From Pristiophorus japonicus (lineage: Eukaryota): a DNA stretch of 64,000 nt. The notes beneath the pieces are model-generated. The model was not told the origin of the DNA and did no database searches. It saw nothing but the letters and a program-made list of their open reading frames with translations. The stretch lies in contig NC_091998.1 in the NCBI RefSeq assembly GCF_044704955.1, positions 11,842,001-11,906,000 of the forward strand. The letters are read 5' to 3'. Below, piece after piece: positions 11,430 through 21,759 of the stretch. How positions within the stretch are numbered: the stretch's first letter is position 1; every line of letters begins with the position of its first letter. The position numbers and the translations under genes are program-made.

Positions 11430-12377
11430 ATGGCAGGAGAGCTCGGCCATGTGATATGCTCCTCCTGTACCATGTGGGAACTCGGGGACACTTCCGGTGT
11501 CCCTGGGCGCTACGTGTGTGGGAAGTGTATCCGCCTCGAGCTCTTGACGATTCGCGTTGCGGAATTGGAGCTGAGGGTGGATTCACTCTGGAGCATCCAC
11601 GATGCTGAGAATGACGTGAGTATCACGTGTAGTGAGTTGGTCTTACCGCAGGAGAAGGGTCCACAGCCAGATAGGGAATGGAAGACCAGCAGGAAGAGCA
11701 GTGCAAGAAAGATAGTGCAGGGGTCCCCTGTGGTCATCCCCCTGCAAAACAGATACACTGCTTTGAGTACTGTTGGGGAGGATGACTCATCAGGGGAGGG
11801 CAGCAGCAGCCAAGTTCATGGCACCGTGGCTGGCTCTGCTGTAAAGGAGGGCAGGAAAAAGAGTGGGAGCGCGATAGTGATAGGGGATTCGATGGTGAGG
11901 GGAATAGATAGGCGTTTCTGCGGACGCAACCGAGACTCCAGGATGGTATGTTGCCTCCCTGGTGCAAGGGTCAAGGATGTCTCGGAGCGGGTGCAGGACA
12001 TTCTGAAATGGGAGGGAGAACAGCCAGTTGTCGTGGTGCACATTGGTACCAACGACATAGGTAAAAAAAGGAATGAGGTCCTACGAAAAGAATTTAAGGA
12101 GCTAGGAGCTAAATTAAAAAGTAGGACCTCAAAAGTAGTAATCTCGGGATTGCTACCAGTGCCACGTGCTAGTCAGAGTAGGAATCGCAGGATAGCGCAG
12201 ATGAATACATGGCTTGAGCAGTGGTGCAGCAGGGAGGGATTCAAATTCTTGGGGCATTGGAACCGGTTCTGGGGGAGGTGGGACCAGTACAAACCGGACG
12301 GTCTGCACCTGGGCAGGTCCGGAACCAATGTTCTAGGGGGAGTGTTTGCTAGTGCTGTTGGGGAGGAGTTAAACTAA
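11430..12377 (+). CDS. CR1 ORF1p: zinc finger, leucine zipper and SGNH esterase domain
   Basis: CSSC...CGKC, heptad leucines, IGDS, HIGTND and DGLH motifs. 315 aa, uninterrupted. Confidence 0.95.
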   Translation: MAGELGHVICSSCTMWELGDTSGVPGRYVCGKCIRLELLTIRVAELELRVDSLWSIHDAENDVSITCSELVLPQEKGPQPDREWKTSRKSSARKIVQGSPVVIPLQNRYTALSTVGEDDSSGEGSSSQVHGTVAGSAVKEGRKKSGSAIVIGDSMVRGIDRRFCGRNRDSRMVCCLPGARVKDVSERVQDILKWEGEQPVVVVHIGTNDIGKKRNEVLRKEFKELGAKLKSRTSKVVISGLLPVPRASQSRNRRIAQMNTWLEQWCSREGFKFLGHWNRFWGRWDQYKPDGLHLGRSGTNVLGGVFASAVGEELN

Positions 12378-15362
12378 TATTGCAGGGGGATGGGAACCTA
12401 TACAGGGAGACAGAGGGAGACAAAAATGAGGCAAAAGCAAAAGATAGAAAGGAGATGAGGAAAGGTGGAGGGCAGAGAAACCCAAGGCAAAGAACAAAAA
12501 GGGCCACTGTACAGCAAAATTCTAGAAGGACAAAGGGTGTTAAAAAAGCAAGCCTGAAGGCTTTGTGTCTTAATGCAAGGAGTATCCGCAATAAGGTGGA
12601 TGAATTAACTGTGCAAATAGATGTTAACAAATATGATGTGATTGGGATTACGGAGACGTGGCTCCAGGATGATCAGGGCTGGGAACTCAACATCCAGGGG
12701 TATTCAACATTCAGGAAGGATAGAATAAAAGGAAAAAGGAGGTGGGGTAGCATTGCTGGTTAAAGAGGAGATTAATGCAATAGTTAGGAAAGACATTAGC
12801 TTGGATGATGTGGAATCTATATGGGTAGAGCTGCAGAACACTAAAGGGCAAAAATCGTTAGTGGGAGTTGTGTACAGACCTCCAAACAGTAGTAGTGATG
12901 TTGGGGAGGGCATCAAACAGGAAATTAGGAGTGCATGCAATAAAGGTGCAGCAGTTATAATGGGTGACTTTAATATGCACATAGATTGGGCTAGCCAAAC
13001 TGGAAGCAATACGGTGGAGGAGGATTTCCTGGAATGCATAAGGGATGGTTTTCTAGACCAATATGTCGAGGAACCAACTAGGGGGGAGGCCATCTTAGAC
13101 TGGGTGTTGTGTAATGAGAGAGGATTAATTAGCAATCTCATTGTGCGAGGCCCCTTGGGGAAGAGTGACCATAATATGGTGGAATTCTGCATTAGGATGG
13201 AGAATGAAACAGTTAATTCAGAGACCATGGTCCAGAACTTAAAGAAGGGTAACTTTGAAGGTATGAGGCATGAATTGGCTAAGATAGATTGGCTAATGAT
13301 ACTTAAGGGGTTGACTGTGGATGGGCAATGGCAGACATTTAGAGACCGCATGGATGAATTACAACAATTGTACATTCCTGTCTGGCGTAAAAATAAAAAA
13401 GGGAAGGTGGCTCAACCGTGGCTATCTAGGGAAATCAGCGATAGTATTAAAGCCAAGGAAATGGCATACAAATTGGCCAGAAATAGCAGCGAACCTGGGG
13501 ACTGGGAGAAATTTAGAACTCAGCAGAGGAGTACAAAGGATTTGATTAGGGCAGGGAAAATGGAATACGAGAGGAAGCTTGCAGGGAACATTAAGGCGGA
13601 TTGCAAAAGTTTCTATAGGTATGTAAAGAGAAAAAGGTTAGTAAAGACAAACGTAGGTCCCCTGCAGTCAGAATCAGGGGAAGTCATAACGGGGAACAAA
13701 GAAATGGCAGACCAATTGAACAAGTACTTTGGTTCAGTATTCACTAAGGAGGACACAAACAACCTTCCGGATATAAAAGTGGTCAGAGGGTCTATTAAGG
13801 AGGAGGAACTGAGGGAAATCTTTATTAGTCGGGAAATTGTGTTGGGGAAATTGATGGGATTGAAGGCCGATAAATCCCCAGGGCCTGATGGACTGCATCC
13901 CAGAGTACTTAAGGAGGTGGCCTTGGAAATAGCGGATGCATTGACAGTCATTTTCCAACATTCCATTGACTCTGGATCAGTTCCTATCGAGTGGAGGGTA
14001 GCCAATGTAACCCCACTTTTTAAAAAAGGAGGGAGAGAGAAAGCAGGGAATTATAGACCGGTCAGCCTGACCTCAGTAGTGGGTAAAATGATGGAATCAA
14101 TTATTAAGGATGTCATAGCAGCGCATTTGGAAAATGGTGACATGATAGGTCCAAGTCAGCATGGATTTGTGAAAGGGAGATCATGCTTGACAAATCTTCT
14201 GGAATTTTTTGAGGATGTTTCCAATAAAGTGGACAAAGGAGTACCAGTTGATGTGGTATATTTGGACTTTCAGAAGGCTTTCGACAAGGTCCCACAAAGG
14301 AGATTAATGTGCAAAGTTAAAGCACATGGGATTGGGGGTAGTGTGCTGACGTGGATTGAGAACTGGTTGTCAGACAGGAAGCAAAGAGTAGGAGTAAATG
14401 GGTACTTTTCGGAATGGCAGGCAGTGACTAGTGGGGTACCGCAGGGTTCTGTGCTGGGGCCCCAGCTGTTTACATTGTACATTAATGATTTAGACGAGGG
14501 GATTAAATGTAGTATCTCCAAATTTGCGGATGACACTAAGTTGGGTGGCAGTGTGAGCTGCGAGGAGGATGCTATGAGGCTACAGAGTGACTTGGATAGG
14601 TTAGATGAGTGGGCAAATGCGTGGCAGATGAAGTATAATGTGGATAAATGTGAGGTTATCCACTTTGGTGGTAAAAACAGAGAGACAGACTATTATCTGA
14701 ATGGTGACAGATTAGGAAAAGGGAAGGTGCAACGAGACCTGGGTGTCATGGTACATCAGTCATTGAAGGTTGGCATGCAGGTACAGCAGGCGGTTAAGAA
14801 AGCAAATGGCATGTTGGCCTTCATAGCGAGGGGATTTGAGTACAGGGGCAGGGAGGTGTTGCTACAGTTGTACAGGGCCTTGGTGAGGCCACACCTGGAG
14901 TATTGTGTACAGTTTTGGTCTCCTAACTTGAGGAAGGACATTCTTGCTATTGAGGGAGTGCAGCGAAGGTTCACCAGACTGATTCCCGGGATGGCGGGAC
15001 TGACATATCAAGAAAGACTGGATCAACTGGGCTTGTATTCACTGGAGTTCAGAAGAGTGAGAGGGGACCTCATAGAAACGTTTAAAATTCTGACGGGTTT
15101 GGACAGGTTAGATGCAGGAAGAATGTTCCCAATGTTGGGGAAGTCCAGAACCAGGGGTCACAGTCTAAGGATAAGGGGTAAGCCATTTAGGACCGAGATA
15201 AGGAGAAACTTCTTCACCCAGAGAGTGGTGAACCTGTGGAATTCTCTACCACAGAAAGTAGTTGAGGCCAATTCACTAAATATATTCAAAAGGGAGTTAG
15301 ATGAAGTCCTTACTACTCGGGGGATCAAGGGGTATGGCGTGAAAGCAGGAAGTGGGTACTGA
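12374..15362 (+). CDS. CR1 ORF2p: APE endonuclease and reverse transcriptase, one +1 A frameshift at about 12735
   Basis: NARSI, GITETW, GGGVA (after correction), [38 protein letters not shown]. Split into ORFs 12380..12763 and 12753..15362. Confidence 0.95.
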
Positions 15363-15755
15363 AGTTTCATGTTCAGCCATGAACTCATTGAATGGCGGTG
15401 CAGGCTAGAAGGGCTGAATGGCCTGCTCCTGCACCTATTTTCTATGTTTCTATGTTTCACTGACAATGAACTCCATAAAACAACAGGAAATTGGTATGGA
15501 TGATGCTTCAAAAGAGTTCGGAGCAGGAGTCGGCCATTCGGCCCATCGCGCCTGCTCCATCATTCAATGAGATCATGGCTGATCTTCCACCTCAACTCCA
15601 CTTTCCTGCACTATCCCCATATCCCTTAATATCCAAAAATGTAACATTCATGGATGTATTGTATAGAAGGATCAATAGCTTTGGCCCGTCTGTTCTGGGT
15701 CTGTATCACAATACCAAAGACACATTCAAAAGATAGGTTTACAAGTGGCACTTAC

Positions 15756-15832
15756 CATTCCTCCGAAATTCATATTTGAAAATGCATCCAATCCGATAGG
15801 TGGAATTGGATTTGCACCCCATGGATTACTAC
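15756..15832 (-). CDS. ANXA11: Annexin A11-like coding exon 2 (77 nt, phase 1-0): (G)SNPWGANPIPPIGLDAFSNMNFGGM
   Basis: Acceptor cttctttctccgtttcag|GT, donor ATG|gtaagt. PWG...PPIGLD...GM matches the ANXA11 exon GPWGG...PPIGLDNVA...SGM. Its phases bridge the flanking exons exactly. Confidence 0.92.
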
Positions 15833-16247
15833 CTGAAACGGAGAAAGAAGCAACAAGAACAGTTATGGAACAGAACAGAAAACACGGAGCAGTACTGTGA
15901 CCAACATTTCACACATTGTTTCTACCAACTTGCCCACACTGACTACATCAAAGTCTGTATGATACTATGGATTGAAAACAGTCCGACTTTGGGATAAAAG
16001 CGTCAGGTAGTTGGATACAAGTTAACCAATAACAGTTAGCGAATAAGTAACTCTTTCCCACGGCAGCGGTTGATGATTCTGCCATTTACACCCTATCTAG
16101 ACTCATCTTTTGTTCCTTAGCTTGTTCCATTACCATCTCCTTTCGCCCTGCACCATCATCCCTTTTGTCTCTTCTGCCTTCCACCCGATCACAGACCTTC
16201 CCTTTCGTTCTTTCCTCCCCTCCCCCCTTCCCTGCCTCTCATAATCA

Positions 16248-16866
16248 TCCTGCATGGCTCAGAGACATGGACCATGTACAGTAGACACCTCAAGTCGCTG
16301 GAGAAATACCACCAACGATGTCTCCGCAAGATCCTACAAATCCCCTGGGAGGACAGACGCACCAACACTAGTGTCCTTGACCAGGCCAACATCCCCAGCA
16401 TTGAAGCACTGACCACACTTGATGAGCTCCGCTGGGCAGGCCACACTGTTCGCATGCCAGACATGAGACTCCCAAAGCAAACGCTCTACTCGGAATTCCT
16501 TCACGGCAAACGAGCCAAAGGTGGGCAGAGGAAGCATTACAAGGACACCCTCAAAGCCTCCCAGCAACATCCCCACTGAAACCTGGGAGTCCCTGGCCAA
16601 AGATCGCCCTAAGTGGAGAAGTGCATCCGGGCAGGCGCTGAGCACCTCGAGTCTCGTCGCCGAGAGCGTGCAGAAATCAAGCGCAGGCAGCGGAAAGAGC
16701 ATGCGGCAAACTTGTCCCATCCTCCCTTACCCTCAACGATTATCAGTCCCACCTGTGACAGGAACTGTGGCTCTTGTATTAGACTGTTCAGCCACCTAAG
16801 AACTCATTTTAAGGGTGGAAGCAAGTCTTCCTCGATTCAGAGTGACTGCCTATGATGATGATGATG
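16248..16866 (+). mobile_element. RTE-clade LINE 3' fragment
   Basis: SETWTMYSRHLKSLEKYHQRCLRKIL...LRWAGH..RMPD.RLPKQ, C-terminal CCHH-like finger, (TGA)n tail. Confidence 0.9.
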
Positions 16867-16869
16867 GAT

Positions 16870-17362
16870 ATGCAGTCCCTCGAAATCAACTTGCTTCCAC
16901 TCCGAAAGTGAGTTCTCAGGTGACTGAACAGTCCAATTCAGGAATTACAGTCCCTGTCGCAGGTGGGGCAGACAGTCGTTGGAGAAAAGGGTGGATAGGG
17001 AGTCTGGTTTGCCGCACGCACTTGTTTTCTGCATCAGCGCCCTCCTGGATGCTCTTCCTCCACTTAGGGCGGTCTTAGGCCAGGGACTCCCAGGTTTCAC
17101 CTGGGGCTCACTTGCCGTGCAGGAGTTCAGAGTAGAGCGCTTGCTTTGAGAGTCTTGTGTCGGGCATGCGGACCATGTGGCCCGCCCAACGGAGCTGGTC
17201 GAGCGTGGTCAGTGCTTCAATGCTGGGGACGTGGGCCTGATCAAGAACACTCATGTTGGTGCGTCTGTCCTCCCAGGGGATTTGCAGGATCTTGTGGCGG
17301 CATCGTTGGTGGTATTTCTCCAGCGACTGGAGGTGTCTACTGCACATGGTCCATATCTCTGC
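16870..17362 (-). mobile_element. RTE-clade LINE 3' fragment with internal deletions, inverted relative to its neighbour
   Basis: ORF 17108..17347 has the same RTE motifs. Confidence 0.88.
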
Positions 17363-17405
17363 CCCTACACTTGCTTAAAAACCTGTTACATCTCTAACTT
17401 TATCC

Positions 17406-17442
17406 AGTTCTGACGAAGGGTCATTGACCTGAAACATTAACT
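17406..17442 (+). ncRNA. Minimal type-I hammerhead ribozyme remnant (Penelope-associated)
   Basis: AGTT-CTGACGA-AGGGTC ATT GACCT-GAAA-CATT-AACT. Stems I and II pair, but the stem III palindrome ACGT is mutated to ACAT. Confidence 0.55.
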
Positions 17443-17824
17443 CTGTTTCTCTCTCCACAGATGCTGCCTGACCAGTTGAGTATTTGCAGCATTTTCTGTT
17501 TTTATTTCAGATTTCAGCATCCGCAGTATTTTGCTTTTGTAACCGTTAGCAAGTCCATGACTGCACTTGCCTCACGTCTCCCCAATGGCTGCGCAACTCG
17601 TTGGGTAGCACTACATCAACAGCCTGACAAAATGAAAGGGAAAACTCCATGCTGGTCATTTATTCCAATCATCACCAACTTCAAAAGTTCAAATAAAGAA
17701 GTGGGAGCTTTTACACAAGAATAATGACTTTAGATCATTTACACTATGGAGGTTAATGCTGAAACTTGCAGCAGCCACAAGAAAAGGGGAGAGAAAAGGA
17801 AGGAACAAAAAAAAAAAGAGAACA

Positions 17825-18215
17825 GGATTTATATGGCGCCTTTCACGACCACCGGACGTCTCAAAGCACGTTACAGTCAATGAATTACTTCTGGAGTGTA
17901 GTCACTGTTGTAATGTGGGAAACGCGGCAGGCAATCTGCGCACAGCAAGCTCCCACAAACAGCAATGTGATAATGTCCAGATGGAGGGATATATATTGGT
18001 GCAACCAACTTGGTTCATTTGGTAGCATTCTCACTTGAGTCAGAAGGCTGTGGATTCAAGCCCCACTACAGGACCTGGACACATAATGGAATACTGACAG
18101 AGTGCTGCACTGTTGCAGTGCAATACTGATACACAGCTACACTGTTGGCGGTGCCGTCCTTTAGACAAGACCGGGGCTCCTTGCTGCCTGTTCCAGCAAA
18201 TGTTAAAGGTCCCTG
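17825..18215. mobile_element. Deu-type SINE fragments (3' part on minus 17825-17980; degenerate head on plus 18010-18215)
   Basis: Match to the other SINE copies. Confidence 0.7.
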
Positions 18216-18297
18216 TGTATTAACTGAATGACATTTTGCATTGTAACAATCTGCATTTATGTAGCATCTTTAATGTCAGAAATCATGCTAAATTGCT

Positions 18298-18895
18298 TCA
18301 TCATCATCATAGGCAGTCCCTCGGAATCGAGGAAGACTTGCTTCCACTGTAAAAGTGAGTTCTCAGGTGGCTGAACAGTCCAATACAAGAACCACAGTCC
18401 CTGCCACAGGTGGGACAGATAGTCTTTGAGGGGTAGGGTAGGTGGGACAGGTTTGCTGCACGCTCTTTCTGCTGCCTGCGCTTGATTTCCGCATGCTCTC
18501 GGCGACGAGGCTCGAGGAGCTCAGCGCCCTCCCGGATGCACTTCCTCCACTGAGGGCGGTCTATGGCCAGGGACTCCTAGGTGTCAATGGGGATGTTGCA
18601 CTTTTTCAGGGAGGTTTTGAGGGTGTCCCTGTAACGTTTCCCCTGCCCACCTTTGGCTCGCTTGCCGTGAAGGGGTTTCCGAGTAAAGCGCTTGCTTTGG
18701 GAATCTTGTGTTTGGCATGCGGACAATGTGCCCAGCGGAGCTGATCAAGTGTGGTCAGTGCTTCAATGCTGGGGATGTTGGCCGGGTCGAGGACGCTAGT
18801 GTTGGTGCGTCTGTCCTCCAGGGGATTTGTAAGATCTTGAGGGGGCATCATTGGTGGTATTTCTTCAGCAACTTGAGGGGTCTACTGTACATGGC
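18298..18895 (-). mobile_element. RTE-clade LINE 3' fragment
   Basis: (TCA)n tail at 18298 and IPSIEALTTLDQLRWA motif. Confidence 0.88.
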
Positions 18896-19996
18896 TTCAC
18901 AGAGCCAATGAGGGATGATGAGCTGTGGTGCTAGGAAAGCTGACCCAATGCATGATCAAAGAGGGAGGGTTTGAGGCAGAAGGGTTAGAGAGAGGGATTT
19001 AAAGTTCCGTGTCAAGACGAGCAAGGCTGTATCTCCATATGTGGTACTGGGAGGGGGCAAATGTAAAGGTGGAGATTAGAATACAAATGAAGGGCATTGT
19101 GTTGGGATGTATGGCTGGAGACGATGCAAAGATAGGTATATTCAGGGCTCTGGAATTCAACTATAGAAAAAAATAATGAAGCAGAATGAGATGGCCAATG
19201 AAAACCATGAAGAGGTCAAGTAGGATAAGGAGGGGTCGCGCACTGCACAGTCACAAATGAGGTCCTTGCTGATGTTGACCAGGGCAGTCTTAATGTTGGC
19301 AGGGCAGAATCCATCCTGAAGGGATTTGCACAGGGAGAGATGGAACAGAGCTGAAATCCTTGAATTCTGATCATTTAAAATGATAGCCAAATGATACGAG
19401 CAAGCTAAATTGGCAGAAAAACTCCACTCATTAATCCCCGGGTCCTTTTGCGAGCGTGGTATTTCATAAGAACATAAGAAATAAGAGCAGGAGTCGGCCA
19501 TTCGGCCCCTCGAGCCTGCTCATGGCTGATCTACCTCAACTCCACTTTCCTGAACTATCCCCGTATCCCTCGATTCCCTTCATATTTCAATCGTGTAAGC
19601 ACAGCAGACTCAGCCACACATCCAAACTATGGCCTCATGTCTCAGGGACGTCACCAGTGCTCATTGATTTTTAAAGAGCCAAGAGGAATAAATTAGTCCA
19701 CTGTACTGTTGCAGAAAGAAAATGTGCTTTCAGCATTCGATCCAAGCTGCGGGCCAAAGAAAAAAATGCTTCAGGGATGCAAGTCAGGAGGAACTGACTA
19801 CACGCCACCCAGCTTCTTTTTTAGGGTTTACAGCTGTTTCAGTAAAAGGATTAAGAGAAAACCAACCGATGATTTAATTGAGAGTTGTAATTTGAATGAA
19901 TGAGGGCAAAACTAAGTCAGAGGTGAAAAATCACAGTCCCCGCTTGGGGGAGGGGGGGGGTCTCTTGTGTTCCGTGGGGGCTGGCTGAAGGTATTA

Positions 19997-20678
19997 ACAT
20001 AAGAATTAGGAGAAGGATTAGGCCATTCAGCCCCTCGAGCCTGCTCCGCCATTCAATAAGATCATGGCTGATCTTCGGCCTCAACTCCACTTTCCTGCCC
20101 GATTCCCATATCCCTTGATCTTTAATATTCAAAAATCTATCGCTCTCTGTCTTGAATATACTCAACGACTGAGCATCCACTGCCCTCTGGGGTAGAGAAT
20201 TCCGAAGATTCATCACCCTCTGAGTGAAGAAGTTTCTCCTCATCTCAGTCCTAAATGGCCAACCCTTTATTCTGAGACTGTGACCCCTGGTTCTAGACTC
20301 CTCAGCCCGGGGAAACATCCTCCCTGCATCGACCCTGTCAAGCCCCGTAAGTACGTTGTATGTTTCAATGAGATCATTCTCATTTTTCTAAACTCTAGGG
20401 AATATAGGCCCAGTCTACTCAATCTCTCCTCATAGGACAATCCCCCATCCCAGGAATCAGTCTGGTGAACCTTTGTTGCACTCCCTCGATGGCCAGTATA
20501 TCCTTCCTCAGGTAAGGAGACCAAAACTGTGCACAATACTCCAGGTGCGATCTCCTCAGGGCCCTATATAATTGCAGTAAGACGTCTTTACTTGCAATAA
20601 AGTCAACATACCATTTGCTTTGTTAATTGCTTGTATATACCTACCGGTATATGTTAACTTTCAGCGATTCGTGTAACA
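19997..20678 (-). mobile_element. CR1 3' fragment
   Basis: ORFs 20267..20536 and 19917..20318 carry CR1 C-terminal motifs. Confidence 0.9.
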
Positions 20679-20949
20679 GTGATTTGTGTATTGCAGAGAC
20701 TTTCAAATCTGCACCCTGGATAAGTTTTTTTTTTAAATGGTGCACGATTGCAAGGACCGGCCAAAACCCCAACCTATTAGGGCCTTGAGTATCTGAAGCT
20801 GGGAAAGAAGCTAAATTGAACAATTGGTCGAGAAAGCAGCAATCACCAAGACAACAGCAGAGGTGGACCCTCTCAACCCGGCATTCTTGCTATCTAACAG
20901 AGCCCGCAGGAAACCATGAAATACGTGAGCCATGCCAAGCCAACCGTAC

Positions 20950-21064
20950 CTGGTGCTGGTGGATATCCCCCCTGTGCTGGTGGGTATGCTGCTTGTGCTG
21001 GTGGGTACCCTCCCGGGGCTTGTGGGTACCCTCCTGGGGCTTGTGGGTAACCCGGATAGCTCAT
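20950..21064 (-). CDS. ANXA11: Annexin A11-like first coding exon (exon 21073-20950, ATG at 21064): MSYPGYPQAPGGYPQAPGGYPPAQAAYPPAQGGYPPAP(G)
   Basis: Acceptor ttttcttttcag|ATTTAGAAAATG, donor CCAG|gtacgg, phase 1. The MSYPGYP start is diagnostic of ANXA7/ANXA11, and the phase and the next exon favour A11. Confidence 0.93.
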
Positions 21065-21144
21065 TTTCTAAATCTGAAAAGAAAATTAAATTCAAGTGTT
21101 TAAAAATCAACTTGGCGACTCCGGAGTCTACAGTAACTATACGA

Positions 21145-21565
21145 AATAAAACTTGCATTTATATAGCGCCTTTCGGGACGTCCCAAAGTGCTTTACAGCC
21201 AATGAAGTACATTTCCTGTTGCAATGCAAGAAACTCAGCAGCCAATTTGCGCATGGCAAGCTCCCACAAACAGAAATCACCCGGTAATCTATTTTATTCA
21301 TGTTGGTTGAAGGAGGAATATTGGCCAGGACACCAGGGAGAACTCCCGTTCTTCTTTGAAATAGTGCCATGCGGTCTCTTACCTCCACCCGAGGGGGCAG
21401 ACAGGAACTCGGTTTAACTCCTCATCCGAAAGACGGCACCTCCGACAGTGCTGCACTCCCTCAGCCCTGCTCTGGAGCTTGTGCTCAAGCCTCTGCAGTG
21501 GGGTTTGAACAACCTTCTGACTCGGGAGGCGCGAGTGCCACCCACTGAGCCACGGCTGACACTGG
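21145..21565 (-). mobile_element. Deu-type tRNA SINE
   Basis: Reverse complement of the SINE consensus. Confidence 0.85.
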
Positions 21566-21759
21566 GAGACAGAAGCGGGACTGGTGAGGGACACCGCTGG
21601 ATGCAGTAGGAGGATAGACTACCCGAGCTGCAAATCAGCACCAAGAAAACCCAAGTGTGGCTGTCGACGTGTGGGAGAGTCCGTCAGCATTAGCTTCTTC
21701 ACCAGGAGGCTTTTATGCCGTACTAGATGTCGGGCAGGCAAGTGTCGCACCAGATCCAA

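Larger units (their letters stand above)
11117..15458 (+). mobile_element. Full-length, near-intact CR1 LINE (5' UTR monomers, ORF1, ORF2, 3' UTR, octamer tail), antisense in an annexin intron
   Basis: ORF1 intact, ORF2 with a single frameshift, (TTCTATGT)n tail. No TSD recognised. Confidence 0.97.
16060..17540 (+). mobile_element. Penelope-type pseudo-LTR/3' region (16060-16247 and 17360-17540) interrupted by two RTE pieces
   Basis: Homologous to 34290-34525, the 3' end of the PLE. Carries the CTGACGA...GAAAC hammerhead motif. Confidence 0.65.

Noticed and set aside
12704-14974. Antisense ORFs within the CR1 and Gypsy coding regions
   Set aside because: Typical shadows of RT genes with no independent motifs.
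20811-21417. ORF-track frames over the first annexin exon (115, 95 and 161 aa)
   Set aside because: Shadow frames. The real frame starts at ATG 21064 on the minus strand.
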